A stretch of 61,850 bases of DNA, the filler included, from Chiloscyllium plagiosum (Eukaryota): assembly GCF_004010195.1 (NCBI RefSeq). It is 4 parts of one record of this genome, joined end to end, with 100 filler letters (N's around TTAATTAATTAA, not from the genome) between each part and the next. Parts side by side here need not be neighbours in the genome. Positions count along the whole stretch, not along the records: positions 1 to 11,105 come from NC_057712.1; positions 11,206 to 28,201 come from NC_057712.1; 2 more parts are not named here. One strand, 5' to 3'. Numbering within the stretch: position 1 is the stretch's first letter; each line of letters starts with the position of its first letter. Made by a program: the position numbers and the translations under genes. This document shows, one piece after another, positions 1 through 11,437 of this stretch. The notes beneath the pieces are model-generated. The model had not been told where the DNA came from. It saw only the letters and a program-made list of their open reading frames with translations, and searched no databases.

Positions 1-203
1 TCTCTCTGCTACTTTCTCCCCACCCCCATCGTCCTCTCGCTTATCTCTCCACGCTTCAGGCTCACTGCCTTTATTCCTGATGAAGGGCTTTTGCCCGAAA
101 CGTCGATTTCAATGCTCCTTGGATGCTGCCTAAACTGCTGTGCTCTTCCAGCACCACTGATCCAGAATCTGGTTTCCAGCATCTGCAGTCATTGTTTTTA
201 CCT
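1..203 (+). mobile_element. Penelope-like element terminal repeat (pseudo-LTR) fragment
   Basis: Nearly identical to the reverse complement of 3805-4000, which adjoins GIY-YIG-coding sequence; contains a CTGATGA..GAAA core. Confidence 0.8.
77..104 (+). ncRNA. Minimal hammerhead ribozyme motif (PLE-type)
   Basis: CTGATGA-A-GGGC-TTTT-GCCC-GAAA-CGTC: conserved core, 4-bp stem II, palindromic ACGT in place of stem III, GTC cleavage triplet. Confidence 0.75.
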
Positions 204-354
204 TGTTCATAGATTGCTGAGCTGTAATTGTGCATAACAGCTGACTGATCCTTTCCCTTCCTGACAACCACACACTCCTATTGCATGACCAACATTACCT
301 ATTACAGTCACCCTTGGTGACTATTCACCAATCTACAGGAAGATACAACAAAAT

Positions 355-698
355 CAGAATCCCTACAGTGTGGAAACATGTCCATCAGTCCAACAAGTCC
401 ACACCAAACTTCCAAAGAGTAACCCAACCAGACCATTCCCTTACCCTATTATCCTACATTTAACCCTGACGAATACACCTCACCTACACATCCCTGAACA
501 CTACAGGGAATTTAGCATGGCCAATTCATCTGGCCTGCACATCTTTGGATTGTGGGAGGAAACCAGAGCACCCGGAGGAAACCCACACAGACACGGGGAG
601 AACGTGCAAACTCCATGCAGACAGTCACCTGAGGCTGGAATCAAACCCAAGTCCCTGGCACTGTGAGACAGCAGTGCTAACCACTGAGCCACCATACC
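355..698 (-). mobile_element. tRNA-derived V-SINE (HE1-like)
   Basis: Minus strand starts GGTGGCTCAGTGGTTAGCAC (A box), then a B-box-like GGGTTTGATTCC and the V-domain GGAGTTTGCACGTTCTCCCCGTGTCTGTGTGGGTTTCCTCCGGGTGCTC; CR1-like tail. Confidence 0.85.
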
Positions 699-1019
699 TT
701 TTTTTAATACTATGGATTAGTAAGGAAACAGGCCTTGAATCTACCTCAAAGTCGAGAGTGAGTTGCTGGGAAAGCACAGCAGGTCAGGCAGCATCCAAGG
801 AGAAGAGTTGACATTTTGGGCATAAGGCCTTCTTCAGGAATGAGGCTGAGAGATAACTTGGGGGGGGGAGGAGTAGCTGAGAAAACGATAAGTGGGTGAA
901 AGTGAGAGAGAAGGTGAGAGGTCAGGGGAGGAGGGGGAAGTGATGGACAGGTCCAGAGGGCGGTGCCAAGTTGGAGTTTTGGTACTGGGATGATGTGAGG
1001 GGAGGGGGAAATAAGGAAG

Positions 1020-1340
1020 CTGTTGAAATCCACATCGATCCTGTGTGGTTGCAGGGTCCCAAGGCGGAATATGCGGCACTCTTCCTCCAGGCATCGGATC
1101 GTAACGGTTCGGTGGTGGAGGAAACCCAGGACCCGCATGTCTTTGATGGTGTGGGAGGGGGAGTTGAAGTGTTCAGCCACTGGGTGATGGGGTTGTTGGG
1201 TGCTGGGATCCCAGAGATGTTCTCTGAAACAATCCGCAAGAAGGCATCCTGTCTCCCCAATACAGAGGAGACCACACTGCATGCAACGGATGCAGTAGAT
1301 GACATTGGTAGAATATAGGTAAATTTTCGACAGATGTGAA
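1020..1340 (-). pseudogene. PLE GIY-YIG endonuclease domain (decayed)
   Basis: NVIYCIRCMQCGLLCIGETG..L..CFREH....PVAEHFN...H matches the PLE GIY-YIG with CxxC/H..H motif. Confidence 0.8.
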
Positions 1341-1520
1341 AGGATCCCTTGAGCCTTTGGATGGAGATTCGGGAAGTGGTGCAGACCCAGATTTTTCACT
1401 TCGGTGGCAAGGAAAGGTGCTAGGAGTGGGGTGTGGGCTGGTGGGGGCCATGAACCTATCGAGGGAGTTGCGGAGGGAATGGTATCTTTGGTGGTGGGGT
1501 CCGTTTGGAGGTGGCGGAAG

Positions 1521-3199
1521 TACAAAGAACAAAGAAAATTTACAGCCTAGGAACAGGCCCTTTGGCCCGCCAAGCCTGAGCAGAACCTGTATCCCTCTGC
1601 TCCCCACCTACTCTTGCATCTGTCCAGACGCACCTTAAATGAATCTACAGTGTCTGCCTCCACTACCTCTGCTGGCAACGCATTCCAGACACCTAGCACT
1701 CTCTGTGTAAAGTATGCCATATCCCCCGTAAACTTTTCACCTCTCACCTTCAACATGTGACCTCTCGATATTTAATCCCTCACCCTGGGAAAAAGCTTAT
1801 CTCTATCTACCCTGTCTATACCCTTCATGATTTTGTAGACCTTTATCAGGTCCCCCCTCAATCTCCTTTTCTCTAATGAAAACAATCCTAACCTACTCAA
1901 CCTCTCTTCATAGCTAGCACCTTCCATACCAGGCAACATCCTCGTAAACCTTCTCTGCATCCTCTCCGAAGCATCCACATCCTTTTGGTAATGTGGCGAC
2001 CAGAACTGTACACAGTATTCTAAATGCGGCTGAACCAACATAGTGTACAATTTTAACATGACCTGCCAGCTCTTACACTCAATACCCCGTCCAATGAAGG
2101 CAAGCATAACATATGCCTTCTTGACCACTCTATCCACCTGTGCAGCAACCTTCAGGGTACAATGGACCTGAACTCCCAGATCTCTCTGCACATCAACTTT
2201 TCCCAAGGCTTTTCCGTTTACTGTATAATTCGCTCTAAAATTAGACTTCCCAAAATGCATCACCTCACATTTGCCTGGATTGAACTCCATCTGCCACCTC
2301 TCCGCCCAACTTTCCAGTCTATCTGTATTCTCCTGTATTCTTTGACAGTCCCTTATGCTTTCTGCTACTCCACCAATCTTCGTATCATTTGCAAACGTGC
2401 TGATCATTTATGTATATTACAAACAATAGTGGCCCCAGCACTGATCCCTGTGGAACATCACTGGTCACCTTTCTCCATTTTGAGAAACTCCCTTCAACTA
2501 CTAATCTCTGTCTCCTGTTGCTCAACCAGTTCCTTATCCACCTAGTTAGAATACCATGCACACCATGTGACTTCACTTTCTCCATTAGTCTACCATAGGG
2601 AAACTTATGAAACACCTTACTAAAGTCCATGTATATGACATCTACAGCCCTTCCTTCATCAACTTGGTCACTTCCTCAAAGAACCCTATTAAGTTGATAA
2701 GGCACGATCTACCCCACACAAAACCATGTTGCCTATCACTGATAAGCCTATTCTTTTCCAAATATAAATAGATTTTATCCCTCAGTACCTTCTCCAGCAA
2801 TTTTCCCACCACTGACGTCAGGCTCACTGGTCTGTAGTTACCCGGAATATCCCTAATATCCTTCTTGAACAGGGGGACAACATTAGCAACTCTCCAGTCT
2901 TCCGGCACTTCACCTATGTTTAAGGATGCTACCAAGATATCTGTCAGGGCCCCAGCTATTTCCTCTCTCACCTCCCAAAGCAACCTGGGATTGATCCTGT
3001 CCAGTCCTAGGGATCTGTCCACCTTACTATTCTTTTGCTTACCCAACACACCTTCCCTCCTTATGTCACCGTAATCCAGAGTAAACAAACTTCAATCTCT
3101 AATCTCAACATTCATCATGTCCCTATCCTCAGTGAAACACTGATGCAAAGTGTTCAACCCCTTCTCTAGTTACCCTCTTGCTTCTTATATAAGAATAAA
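1521..3199 (-). mobile_element. CR1-clade LINE, 5'-truncated, inserted in the PLE
   Basis: RT motifs [41 protein letters not shown]; short tandem-repeat tail at 1521-1537; host PLE resumes at GTGGCGGA on both sides. Confidence 0.9.
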
Positions 3200-3399
3200 A
3201 GTGGCGGAGGATGATGCAAGGTATGCGGAGGTTGGTGGGGTGGTAGGTGAGGACCAGGGGGATTCTGTCCTTGTTGCATTGGGAGGGGTGGGGGTTCAAG
3301 GACGGTGAAGCGTGAAGTAGAGTAGATGCGCACTGGAGGGCATCATTGACCACGTGGGAAGGGAAGTTGCGATCACGATAGAAGGAGGCCATCTGGGAC

Positions 3400-3804
3400 T
3401 TGAATTGAATTGAGTTTATTGTCACGTGTACTGAGGCACAGTGAAAAGCTTTGTCTAGCGAGCAATACAGGCAGATCACAATTAAATAGCATAGGTAGTA
3501 AATAATAGGTAAACAGCGGCAAAACAAAAAACACAAGTACAGGCGAATGTTAAGAGTTTGAGAGTCCATTCAGTATTCGAACAACAGTAGGGTAGAAACT
3601 TTTTCGAAACCGGCTGGAGCATGTGTTCAGGCTTCTGTACCTTCTCCCCGATGGTAGAGGTTGTAGAAAAGCATTGCCAGGATGTGATAGATCTTTGAGA
3701 ATGCTGGTAGCTTTTCCTTATCAGCGAGCCTGGGAGATGGATTCTATAGATGGGAGGTTGGCCTTTGTGATTGTCCGGGCTGAATTCACTACTCTCTGAA
3801 ATCA
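3400..3804 (-). mobile_element. Rex1/Babar-like LINE 3' fragment
   Basis: (ATTCA)n tail; minus strand encodes a HPG..LPSGRRYRS..NSFYP-like C-terminus; near-identical to 52425-52820. Confidence 0.65.
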
Positions 3805-4371
3805 ACTAGCTAAAAACAATGACTGCAGATGCTGGAAACCAGATTTTGGATTAGTGGTGCTGGAAGAGCACAGCAGTTCAGGCAGCATCCAAGGAAGAGC
3901 GAAATCGACGTTTCGGGCAAAAGCCCTTCTTCAGGAATAAAGGCAGAGAGCCTGAAGCGTGGAGAGATAAACTAGAGGAGGGTGGGGGTGGGGAGAAAGT
4001 AGCATAGAGTACAATGGGTGAGTGGGGGAGGAGATGAAGGTGATAGGTCAGGGAGGAGAGGGTGGAGTGGATAGGTGGAAAAGAAGATAGACAGGTAGGA
4101 CAGGTCATGGGGACAGTGCTGACCTGGAAGTTTGGAACTAGGGTGAGGTGGGGGAAGGGGAAATGAGGAAACTGTTGAAGTCCACATTTTTGCCCTGGGG
4201 TTGAAGTGTTCTGAGGTAGAAGATGAGGCGGGTGTCCCGGAGATGTTCCCTAAAGCGCTCTGCTAAGAGGCGTCCAGTCTCCCCAATGTAGAGGAGACCG
4301 CATCGGGACCGCATCCGCTGCTCCTCAGATGCTACCTGAACTGCTGTGCTCTTCCAGCACCACTAATCCAA
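3805..4371 (-). mobile_element. Short PLE insertion with inverted terminal-repeat fragment
   Basis: Terminal repeat (minus) 3805-3940, GIY-YIG remnant, inverted partial repeat 4315-4371; 14-bp TSD ACTCTCTGAAATCA at 3791-3804 and 4372-4385. Confidence 0.8.
3907..3934 (-). ncRNA. Minimal hammerhead ribozyme motif (PLE-type)
   Basis: Reverse complement reads CTGAAGA-A-GGGC-TTTT-GCCC-GAAA-CGTC. Confidence 0.75.
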
Positions 4372-4389
4372 ACTCTCTGAAATCATTCT

Positions 4390-5095
4390 AACCAACTTTC
4401 GGAGGTGGAATTGGTCATCCTGGGAACAGATGCAGTGGAGGCAAAGAAATTGGGAATAATGGATAGCGTTTTTACAGGAGATAGGGTAGGAGGCGGTGTA
4501 GTCTAGCTAGCTGTGGGCTTGCAGTAGATGTCTGTGGTTAGTCGGTCTCTGGAGATGGTGATGGAGAGGTCCAGGAAGGGGAAGGAGGTGTCCGAGATGG
4601 TCCAGGTGAATTTGAGGTCAGGTTGAAAGGTGTTGGTAAAGTTGATGAACTGTTCAACCTCCGTGTGGAAGCATGAGGCGGAATGAAGGGCTTTTGCCCG
4701 AAACGTCGACTTTCCTGCTCCTTGGATGCTGCCTGAACTGCTGTGCTTTTCCAGCACCACTCTAATCTAGAATCTGGTTTCTAGCATTTGCCGTCCTTGT
4801 TTTTAACCTAACTGTGGAAGATGGACTGTTCCATGTATCCAACAAACAGGCAGGCATAGCTGGGTCCCATGCGGGTGCCCATGGCTACCCCTTTGGTTTG
4901 GAAGATGTGGGAGGATTGGAATGAGAAGTTGTTGAGGGTGAGGACCAGTTTAGCCAGACAGATGAGGGTGTCAGTGGAAGGGTACTGGTTAGGACGGCGT
5001 GAGAGGAAGAAATGGAGGGCTTGGAGACCTTTGTTGTGGCAGATCGACATGTACAGGGACTGGATGTCCATGATGATGCACTGGGGGCTGGGCAA
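4390..5095 (-). pseudogene. PLE reverse transcriptase (fragmented)
   Basis: MDIQSLY, LTLNNFSF..FQTKGVAMGTRMGPSYA, LKFTW....PFLDL.I; interrupted by a plus-strand terminal-repeat copy at 4683-4808. Confidence 0.85.
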
Positions 5096-5899
5096 TCAAA
5101 AGTCTCCCTCACCTTCATCCACTTTTTTTTTCCTCAGCTACCTGCCCTCCAACCCCACCCCCTCTCTCATTTAACTCTTAGCCCCGGCCCACAAGCCTCA
5201 TTCCTGATGAAGGGCCTATGCTCGAAACATCAGTTCTCCTGCTTCTCGGATGCTGCCTGACCTGCTGTGCTTTCCCAGCAACACACTCTCGACTCTGATC
5301 TCCATCACCTGCAGTCCTCACCTTCTCCTACTTGAATCGACCTCAGTCAGAACAGGAATCAAATCCTATGTTTTGAGCATTAATCTGACCTACACAGCAG
5401 TCCGATAGCTAATTGAGTTCACCATTTTCCCCTAACTGCCTTCCAGAAGTTTAAAAGGCAGCAAATTATGCGAAAAAAATTAATTTGAAATATTATTTTA
5501 ACCAAAACTGTATTCACAAGATAGGGAATACAGGATCCAAGTAGTAAATCAAACACTATGAGAAAGATTAGTAGACCCACTTTACAAAGAATAAGCAACA
5601 TTGAAATAAACTTTTAAGCAGAATCCTGAGATGTACAGTGAACAGTAGGAATGTTAAAATGAATCAAGTTGCTTTCCTCCTTCTTAAGTAGCCTATGAGC
5701 ATTTCTGGCTTGCTGATAAGTGATTTCAAAAACTAGACAAAAAGAGCATATCAAAGACACAACTTGCTTATTATGAAAATGTTGGTAATGTGATAGGAGT
5801 GTGTGGTTGTCGGGGAGTGAAAGGATCAGAGTCAGCTGTTGTGCACAATCACAGCTCAACACTTAGGGACTTCCATCGTCAAGGCTCAAACACGAATAA

Positions 5900-7970
5900 T
5901 TCTTGAGGTATTATAGCACAGAATGAGGCCATCTGGCTCATCACTGCTGCACCAACTCTTCAAATGAGCATCATTACCAAGCGCCAATCTCCTGTCTTTC
6001 CTCAGACCTTTACACATTATTTTTATCCAAATAATCATCCAATGCTCACTTCAATGTCTCAACTGAAACTGCCTCCACTACACTTCTCAGCACTGCATTC
6101 ATACACATTGTGCAAAAAAGGCTTTTCTCGCATCATCATTGCTTCTTTAGCACATCATTTTAAAACTCTTTCCTCTCCTTCTTGTTCTTTTAAAGAGCAG
6201 GAACAGTTCTCCCTATCTGGGCGGCACGGTGGCATAGTGGTTAGCACTGCTGCCTCACAGCGCCAGAGACATGGGTTCAATTCCCGCCTCAGGCGACTGT
6301 GGAGTTTGCACATTCTCCCTGTATCTGCATGGGTTTTCTCTGGGTGCTCCGGTTTCCTCCCACAATCCAAGGATGTGCAGGCCAAGTGAATTGAGCATGC
6401 TAAATTGCCTGTAGTGTTAGGTGAAGGAGTAAATGTAGGGGTCTGGGTGGACTTGTTGGGCCGAAGGGCCTGTTTCCACATTGTAAGTAATCTAATCTAA
6501 CCTAGCAGCTCATGATTTTATAAATCTCCTCTCAGTCTTCTTCACTCCAAGGAGAGCACTTTCAACTTCTTCAATCTATCCTCATCCCTGAAGTTTCTCA
6601 TCACAAGGACCATTCTTAAGTCATTTCTGCACTCTCCAATGTATTTACATCAGTCCTATAAAGTGGCACCCACAACTGCACATGATACTCCAGACGAAGT
6701 CTAAATAATGTCTTATACAAGTTTAACATCACATCCTTGCTCCAGTACTCTGTGCCCTATTAATAAAGCTGAGAACACTGTATGCTTTATTAACTACTCT
6801 CTCCTGTCCTGCCATCTTCAATGATTTGTGCACAGATACACCCAGGTCCCTATGCTCCTACAATGTCTTTCATTGAGAGTAGAATTGGCAGCAGTGGGAT
6901 ATGACCTCATGCCTTTGCAGAGACTGGAACCTGCATCCAGTACTTAGACCACATGGCCATGCTACCAAGGCCTCTATCGAAGCCCTCGAATGGTAAGCTG
7001 ACAGCATAATTAGCAGCGGTGGGATGTCTTTAAATGTTCTTCCTACCAAAGTGCATCACCTCACACCTCTCTGCATTGAACCTGCCACCTACCCACTCAC
7101 TCCATAAATTTATCCACAACCTTTTGGACTTCCACAATTTCCTCCCCACAGTTTACAATTCTTCTAAGTTGGGTGTCATCAGCACACTCCGAACTTTCCC
7201 CTTGCATACCAAGATCCCTATCATTAATAAATATCAGGAAAAGGAAGGGTCCCAATACAACCCTTGGGGAACTCCACTACAAACCCTAGTCTGGTTCAAA
7301 AAATACCATTTGACTATTAACCTCTGTTACCAATTACTCAGGCAATTTTGTATCCACATTATTTACTGTCCCTTTTATTCCAGGACCTATAACTTTCCTC
7401 AAGTCTATTATAGCACTGTATCAGATGCCTTCTGAAAATCCAATTTCGACAGTGTTATGTTCATAGGGCCTTTCTGCTAACTCTGAAAAACTGTAGCAAG
7501 CTAGCTAAACATTATTTCCCCTTTAGAAATCCAGGCTGATTCTTTCGAATCTACCCAAATTTTCCATGTGATTACTGATTCTATTCTAAATAATTGCCTC
7601 TAGAAGCTTCATTACCAATTAAGTAACTGGTTTGTCCTTGCTGAGATGATCCTTACAATTTTCCTTGAACAAAGCAGTTTGCAATTCTTCAGTTTTCTGG
7701 CATTTCCCCCAAATCCAGAAAAATTAAGATAACGCCCTCACAATTTCTATGCTCACTTCCTTCAGAATCCTTGTCTACATTTTAAGGTATTCAAGTACCA
7801 ACAATCTATCCAAGACTTCTTCCTCATTCATGCTGAATTGTTTGAGTGACAGAGTCACCTCCTCTTTCACCATGTCCTCGGCAGCAACTTCCGCTTTCCT
7901 AAAGACAGGTGCAAGTATTCATTTAATACCTCAGCCATATCCCCTGTCTCAATGTGCAAATCTCTGCTTT
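5900..7970 (-). mobile_element. Old decayed CR1-like LINE fragments
   Basis: Similarity to the other CR1 copies (e.g. AAGTGCATCACCTCACAC, CAACTGCACATGATACTCCAG); heavily stop-interrupted. Confidence 0.6.
6219..6500 (+). mobile_element. tRNA-derived V-SINE (HE1-like), full length
   Basis: GGGCGGCACGGTGGCATAGTGGTTAGCAC (A box), GGGTTCAATTCCC (B box), V-domain, (AATCT)n tail. Confidence 0.88.
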
Positions 7971-9729
7971 ATAGGGTCAAGGTGCCTGTGACTGTGGACC
8001 TACACAGGAAAGCAGGAGAAGTCGGGATATGATTGAGAAAAACAGAAGTTGCCTTATTGAACTGTACTTGTGATTTTAGATGCTGATGAGGAAATATAAT
8101 CGCTACCATTGCATTCTACTGCAATTACAGAACCATATGAGCATTCACTTGATTTTATAATGTATGTTCTTGCTACATAATTTTCAATCTCCCAAAATAA
8201 ATATTCCTCAAGCCAATGTTGCTCTCCTTAGAGCAGAGAAAATTTGAACAAAAGCTTTTAGATTTACATGGTTCAGTATCAAGGAATTGTAACTTTTCAG
8301 GATAACTTGAACATAATGAAAGTACTTTTACCCAGGAAAGCCAAGACTGAGGAAGGAGCTGATAGTGCTTTTGAAGTTTTAAAGGAGTTTGTTCAGCTCG
8401 ACACAGAAAAGACATTTCCCCCTGGTAAGAGACAGCAAAATTAGAGGTGACATATGATCACTTCATAAATCCCACAAAGCTCAGGAGAAGTTCTTTACCC
8501 AGACAGCAGTTAAAATATGGAATATGCCACTGTATGAAGTCATTGAGATATTTAAGGACGTGTTATATAAACATACAAGAGAGAAAGGAATGAATGGTCA
8601 TATAAGGTTAGATGCAGCAAGGTGGGAGAGGCTTATGCAGAGCAGAAAAGACAGCAGCAAAAAAAGGTTGGGCCAAATAATATGTTTTTGTTCTGTAAAC
8701 TCAACAGGTAATTACACTTGTTTCACATTGAGCAGAATGACAGAGTTTTCACAATCAAACTTGAGAAATGCTGGACTAAATTACAAAGGATGGATGTGTT
8801 TATTCAGGACTATTTGACAATTGAAAGTATGCTGTAGGTTTGATTGGATTATTTGGCAATCAGTTTTTATAAGGATTTATGTTTGAATGGCTATTTAAAA
8901 AGTAATAGCTTTAAATTCTGGGACTGCTCTAGAGTGGAGTAGCTGGTAGAAATATGCTTACGTAACGTAATGCAACCAATCCATCTTTAAGGAAAGCAAT
9001 TTGTGAAATTCTCATAGTAGCTTAAATACAGAAATGGTCATCACTCACTATTGTAGCTTTGCAAAATCTTTAACTTCCAAAGAGATGCAAAGTTGTTTTT
9101 TTTTATTTACTCACAGGATGAGGACATCACTGGCTAGGCTAGTCCAGAGGGCAGTTCAGGGTCAACCACATTGCTGTGTCTGCTTAGTTATCCAATTATT
9201 GCCCAACGCTCATTACACTTGCTAGACCATTTCAGGGGTTAGTTAAGAGTCAATCATATATTGCTGTAGGCCTAGAAACAAATGTAGTTCAGACCAGGTA
9301 ATGATGGCAGATTTCCCTTCACAAAGGAACTGGATTTTTTTTTAAAAGGATAAGCAGTGCTTTCAATTTCAGATTTTAATTCAATTAATTCAAATTACAC
9401 GAGTTGCTGTATTGGGATTTGAACCTATGTTACCGACTGAATTAGCCTGAGCCGATAGATTACTGGGATAGTGACATTACCACTGGACCATCAATTCCCC
9501 TTGCTCTTTACTGTACTGAAAAATGAGTTTAAAGTCCATAGGGATGAAGGATTTCAGACAATTACAGCAACCAGTAAAGCTGACATTGTTCTTCTTATGG
9601 CACAGAAATCCAAAGAGATTTAGTAAAGGTGATGGCCATATGGCACAGAATTCATGCCAGAATTGCCAGGTTTTCAAAATCCTAAAAGAGAAATAAACAT
9701 AAACTATTGCCAGGGCAGTTGGATCCATA

Positions 9730-9943
9730 TGTAGAAAGTGAGGACTGCAGATGCTGAACATCAGAGTCGAGAGTATGGTGCTGGAAAAAATATAGCCAGT
9801 CAAGCAGCATCTGAGGAGCAGGAGAATCGACGTTTCGGGCATAAGCCCTTCATCAGGAATTGAGCTTTTGCCCGAAACTTCAATTCTCCTGCTCCTCGAA
9901 AGCTGCTTGACCATCCCTGCTTTTCCAGCACCACACTCTCGAT
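9730..9943. mobile_element. Palindromic mini-PLE (two inverted terminal repeats only)
   Basis: Minus-strand repeat with hammerhead core at ~9829-9856, then a plus-strand partial copy; 15-bp TSD GCAGTTGGATCCATA at 9715-9729 and 9944-9958. Confidence 0.85.
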
Positions 9944-10489
9944 GCAGTTGGATCCATAATCCAAGCGCAAAGACATAAGATCCTTAGTTAAAAAATACTG
10001 GAGTTACAATGAGGGAAAGTTTTAATGCAACAAAAAACTGTGATGTGCAATGTACTGTCTGAATTTATAGTGGAAGCAGATTAAATAATAACTATCGAAG
10101 GGTACTCGATAAATACTTGCAGGGGAAAATTGAAAAGGATAAAGCAGAGCTAACATTAGGAAAGGGCAGGTAAGGCAAACCAAATTAATTGCTCATGCAA
10201 AGAGACAGCAAAGGTAAGACAGAATGAATGATTTCATTCTACATGAAATCGAGCTACAATCTTCAAGCATGGACTTCTCCTCCTGATGAGAAATGGAGAA
10301 GCTCCACTGAACAGAGGGATCTCCATTCAAGGGAGGTGGGTGGAGCATGGAGACAAGCCTGTCACCAAATACCAAGACAAGTTGTTGAAAAGACCCCCAC
10401 ATCAGTTCTCTGCGACTTCGGACTTGCTGGTTGCTAACATGTTAGATGCTCGATAGCCTTCATCACTTACACTCCTCCCATGGCTCATC

Positions 10490-11105
10490 CATGTCAACCG
10501 TCAGGACTCCCCATCCTATCTAACCGTCCGCACTCCACATCCTATCCAACCGGCCGCACTCCCCATTCTATCCAACAATCCGCACTCCCCATTCAAACCA
10601 ACCGGCCGCACTCCCCATTCCAACCAACCGTCCGCACTCCCCATTCTATCCAACCGGCTGCACTCCCCATTCCAACCAACCGGCCGCACTCCCCATTCCA
10701 ACCAACAGTCCGCACTCCCCATTCCAACCAGCCGGCCGCACTCCCCATTCCAACCAGCCGGCCGCACTCCCCATTCCAACCAGCCGGCCGCACTCCCCAT
10801 TCTATCAAACCGGCGGCAGTCCCCATTCCAACCAACCGTCCGCTCACCCCATTGCAACCAACCGTCCGCACTCCCCATTCTATCCAGCCGGCCGCACTCT
10901 CCATTCCAACCAACCGTCCGCACTCACCATTCTATTCAACCGGCCGCACTCCCCATTCCAACCAAACGGCCGCACTCCCCATTCCAACCAACCGTCCGCA
11001 CTCCCCATTCTATCCAACCGGCCGCACTCCCCATTCCAACCAACCGTCTGCACTCCCCATTCCAACCAACCGACCGCACTCCCCATTCCAACCAACCGTC
11101 CGCAC
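10490..11105. repeat. 26-bp tandem minisatellite (CCGCACTCCCCATTCCAACCAACCG[T/G] and variant ..TTCTATCCAACCGG)
   Basis: About 23 tandem units running into a gap; explains the 26-aa periodic ORFs. Confidence 0.95.
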
Positions 11106-11205
11106 NNNNNNNNNNNNNNNNNNNNNNNNNNNNNNNNNNNNNNNNNNNNTTAATTAATTAANNNNNNNNNNNNNNNNNNNNNNNNNNNNNNNNNNNNNNN
11201 NNNNN
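11106..11205. other. Artificial scaffold linker N44-TTAATTAATTAA-N44
   Basis: Exactly 100 bp; the central 12-mer has stops in all six frames; same as 28202-28301 and 41553-41652. Confidence 0.95.
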
Positions 11206-11437
11206 GCAGAGGGTGGTACGTGTATGGAATGAGCTGCCAGAGGTTGTGGTGGAGGCTGGTACAATTGCAACATTTAAGAGGCATTTGGATGGGTATGTGA
11301 ATAGGAAGGGTTTGGAGGGATATGGGCCAGGTGCTGACAGGTGAGACTAGATTGGGTTGGGATATCTGGTCGGCATGGACGGGTTGGACTGAAGGGTCTG
11401 TTTTCATGCTTTACATCTCAATGTCTCTATGACTCTA
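11206..11437 (+). mobile_element. CR1 LINE 3' end
   Basis: QRVVRVWNELPEVVVEAGT C-terminus, 3' UTR and ATGACTCT-type tail; near-identical to 54366-54592. Confidence 0.85.

Larger units (their letters stand above)
749..5330 (-). mobile_element. Penelope-like retroelement (RT + GIY-YIG), fold-back structure, interrupted by nested insertions
   Basis: RT motifs in ORFs 4808-5095 and 4503-4760; GIY-YIG in ORF 746-1525; inverted terminal repeats at 749-850 and 5190-5330; 15-bp TSD CTTGAATC(T/G)ACCTCA at 734-748 and 5331-5345. Confidence 0.85.

Noticed and set aside
6219..6290. tRNA-like A/B boxes (also at ~625-698)
   Set aside because: These are SINE heads followed by a V-domain and LINE tail, not tRNA genes.
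8055..8172. Short minus-strand open frame after an AG (RTYIIKSSECSYGSVIAVEC...)
   Set aside because: Weak acceptor, no recognisable domain and no linked exons.
10228..10437. ORF containing RDLHSR and LCDFGLA, resembling kinase catalytic and DFG motifs
   Set aside because: It lacks the His of HRD and the conserved Asn, the two Asp residues are 32 aa apart (usually about 18-20), and no other kinase exons were found; probably chance.
10480..11157. 225-aa Pro-rich repetitive ORF
   Set aside because: Translation of the 26-bp minisatellite.
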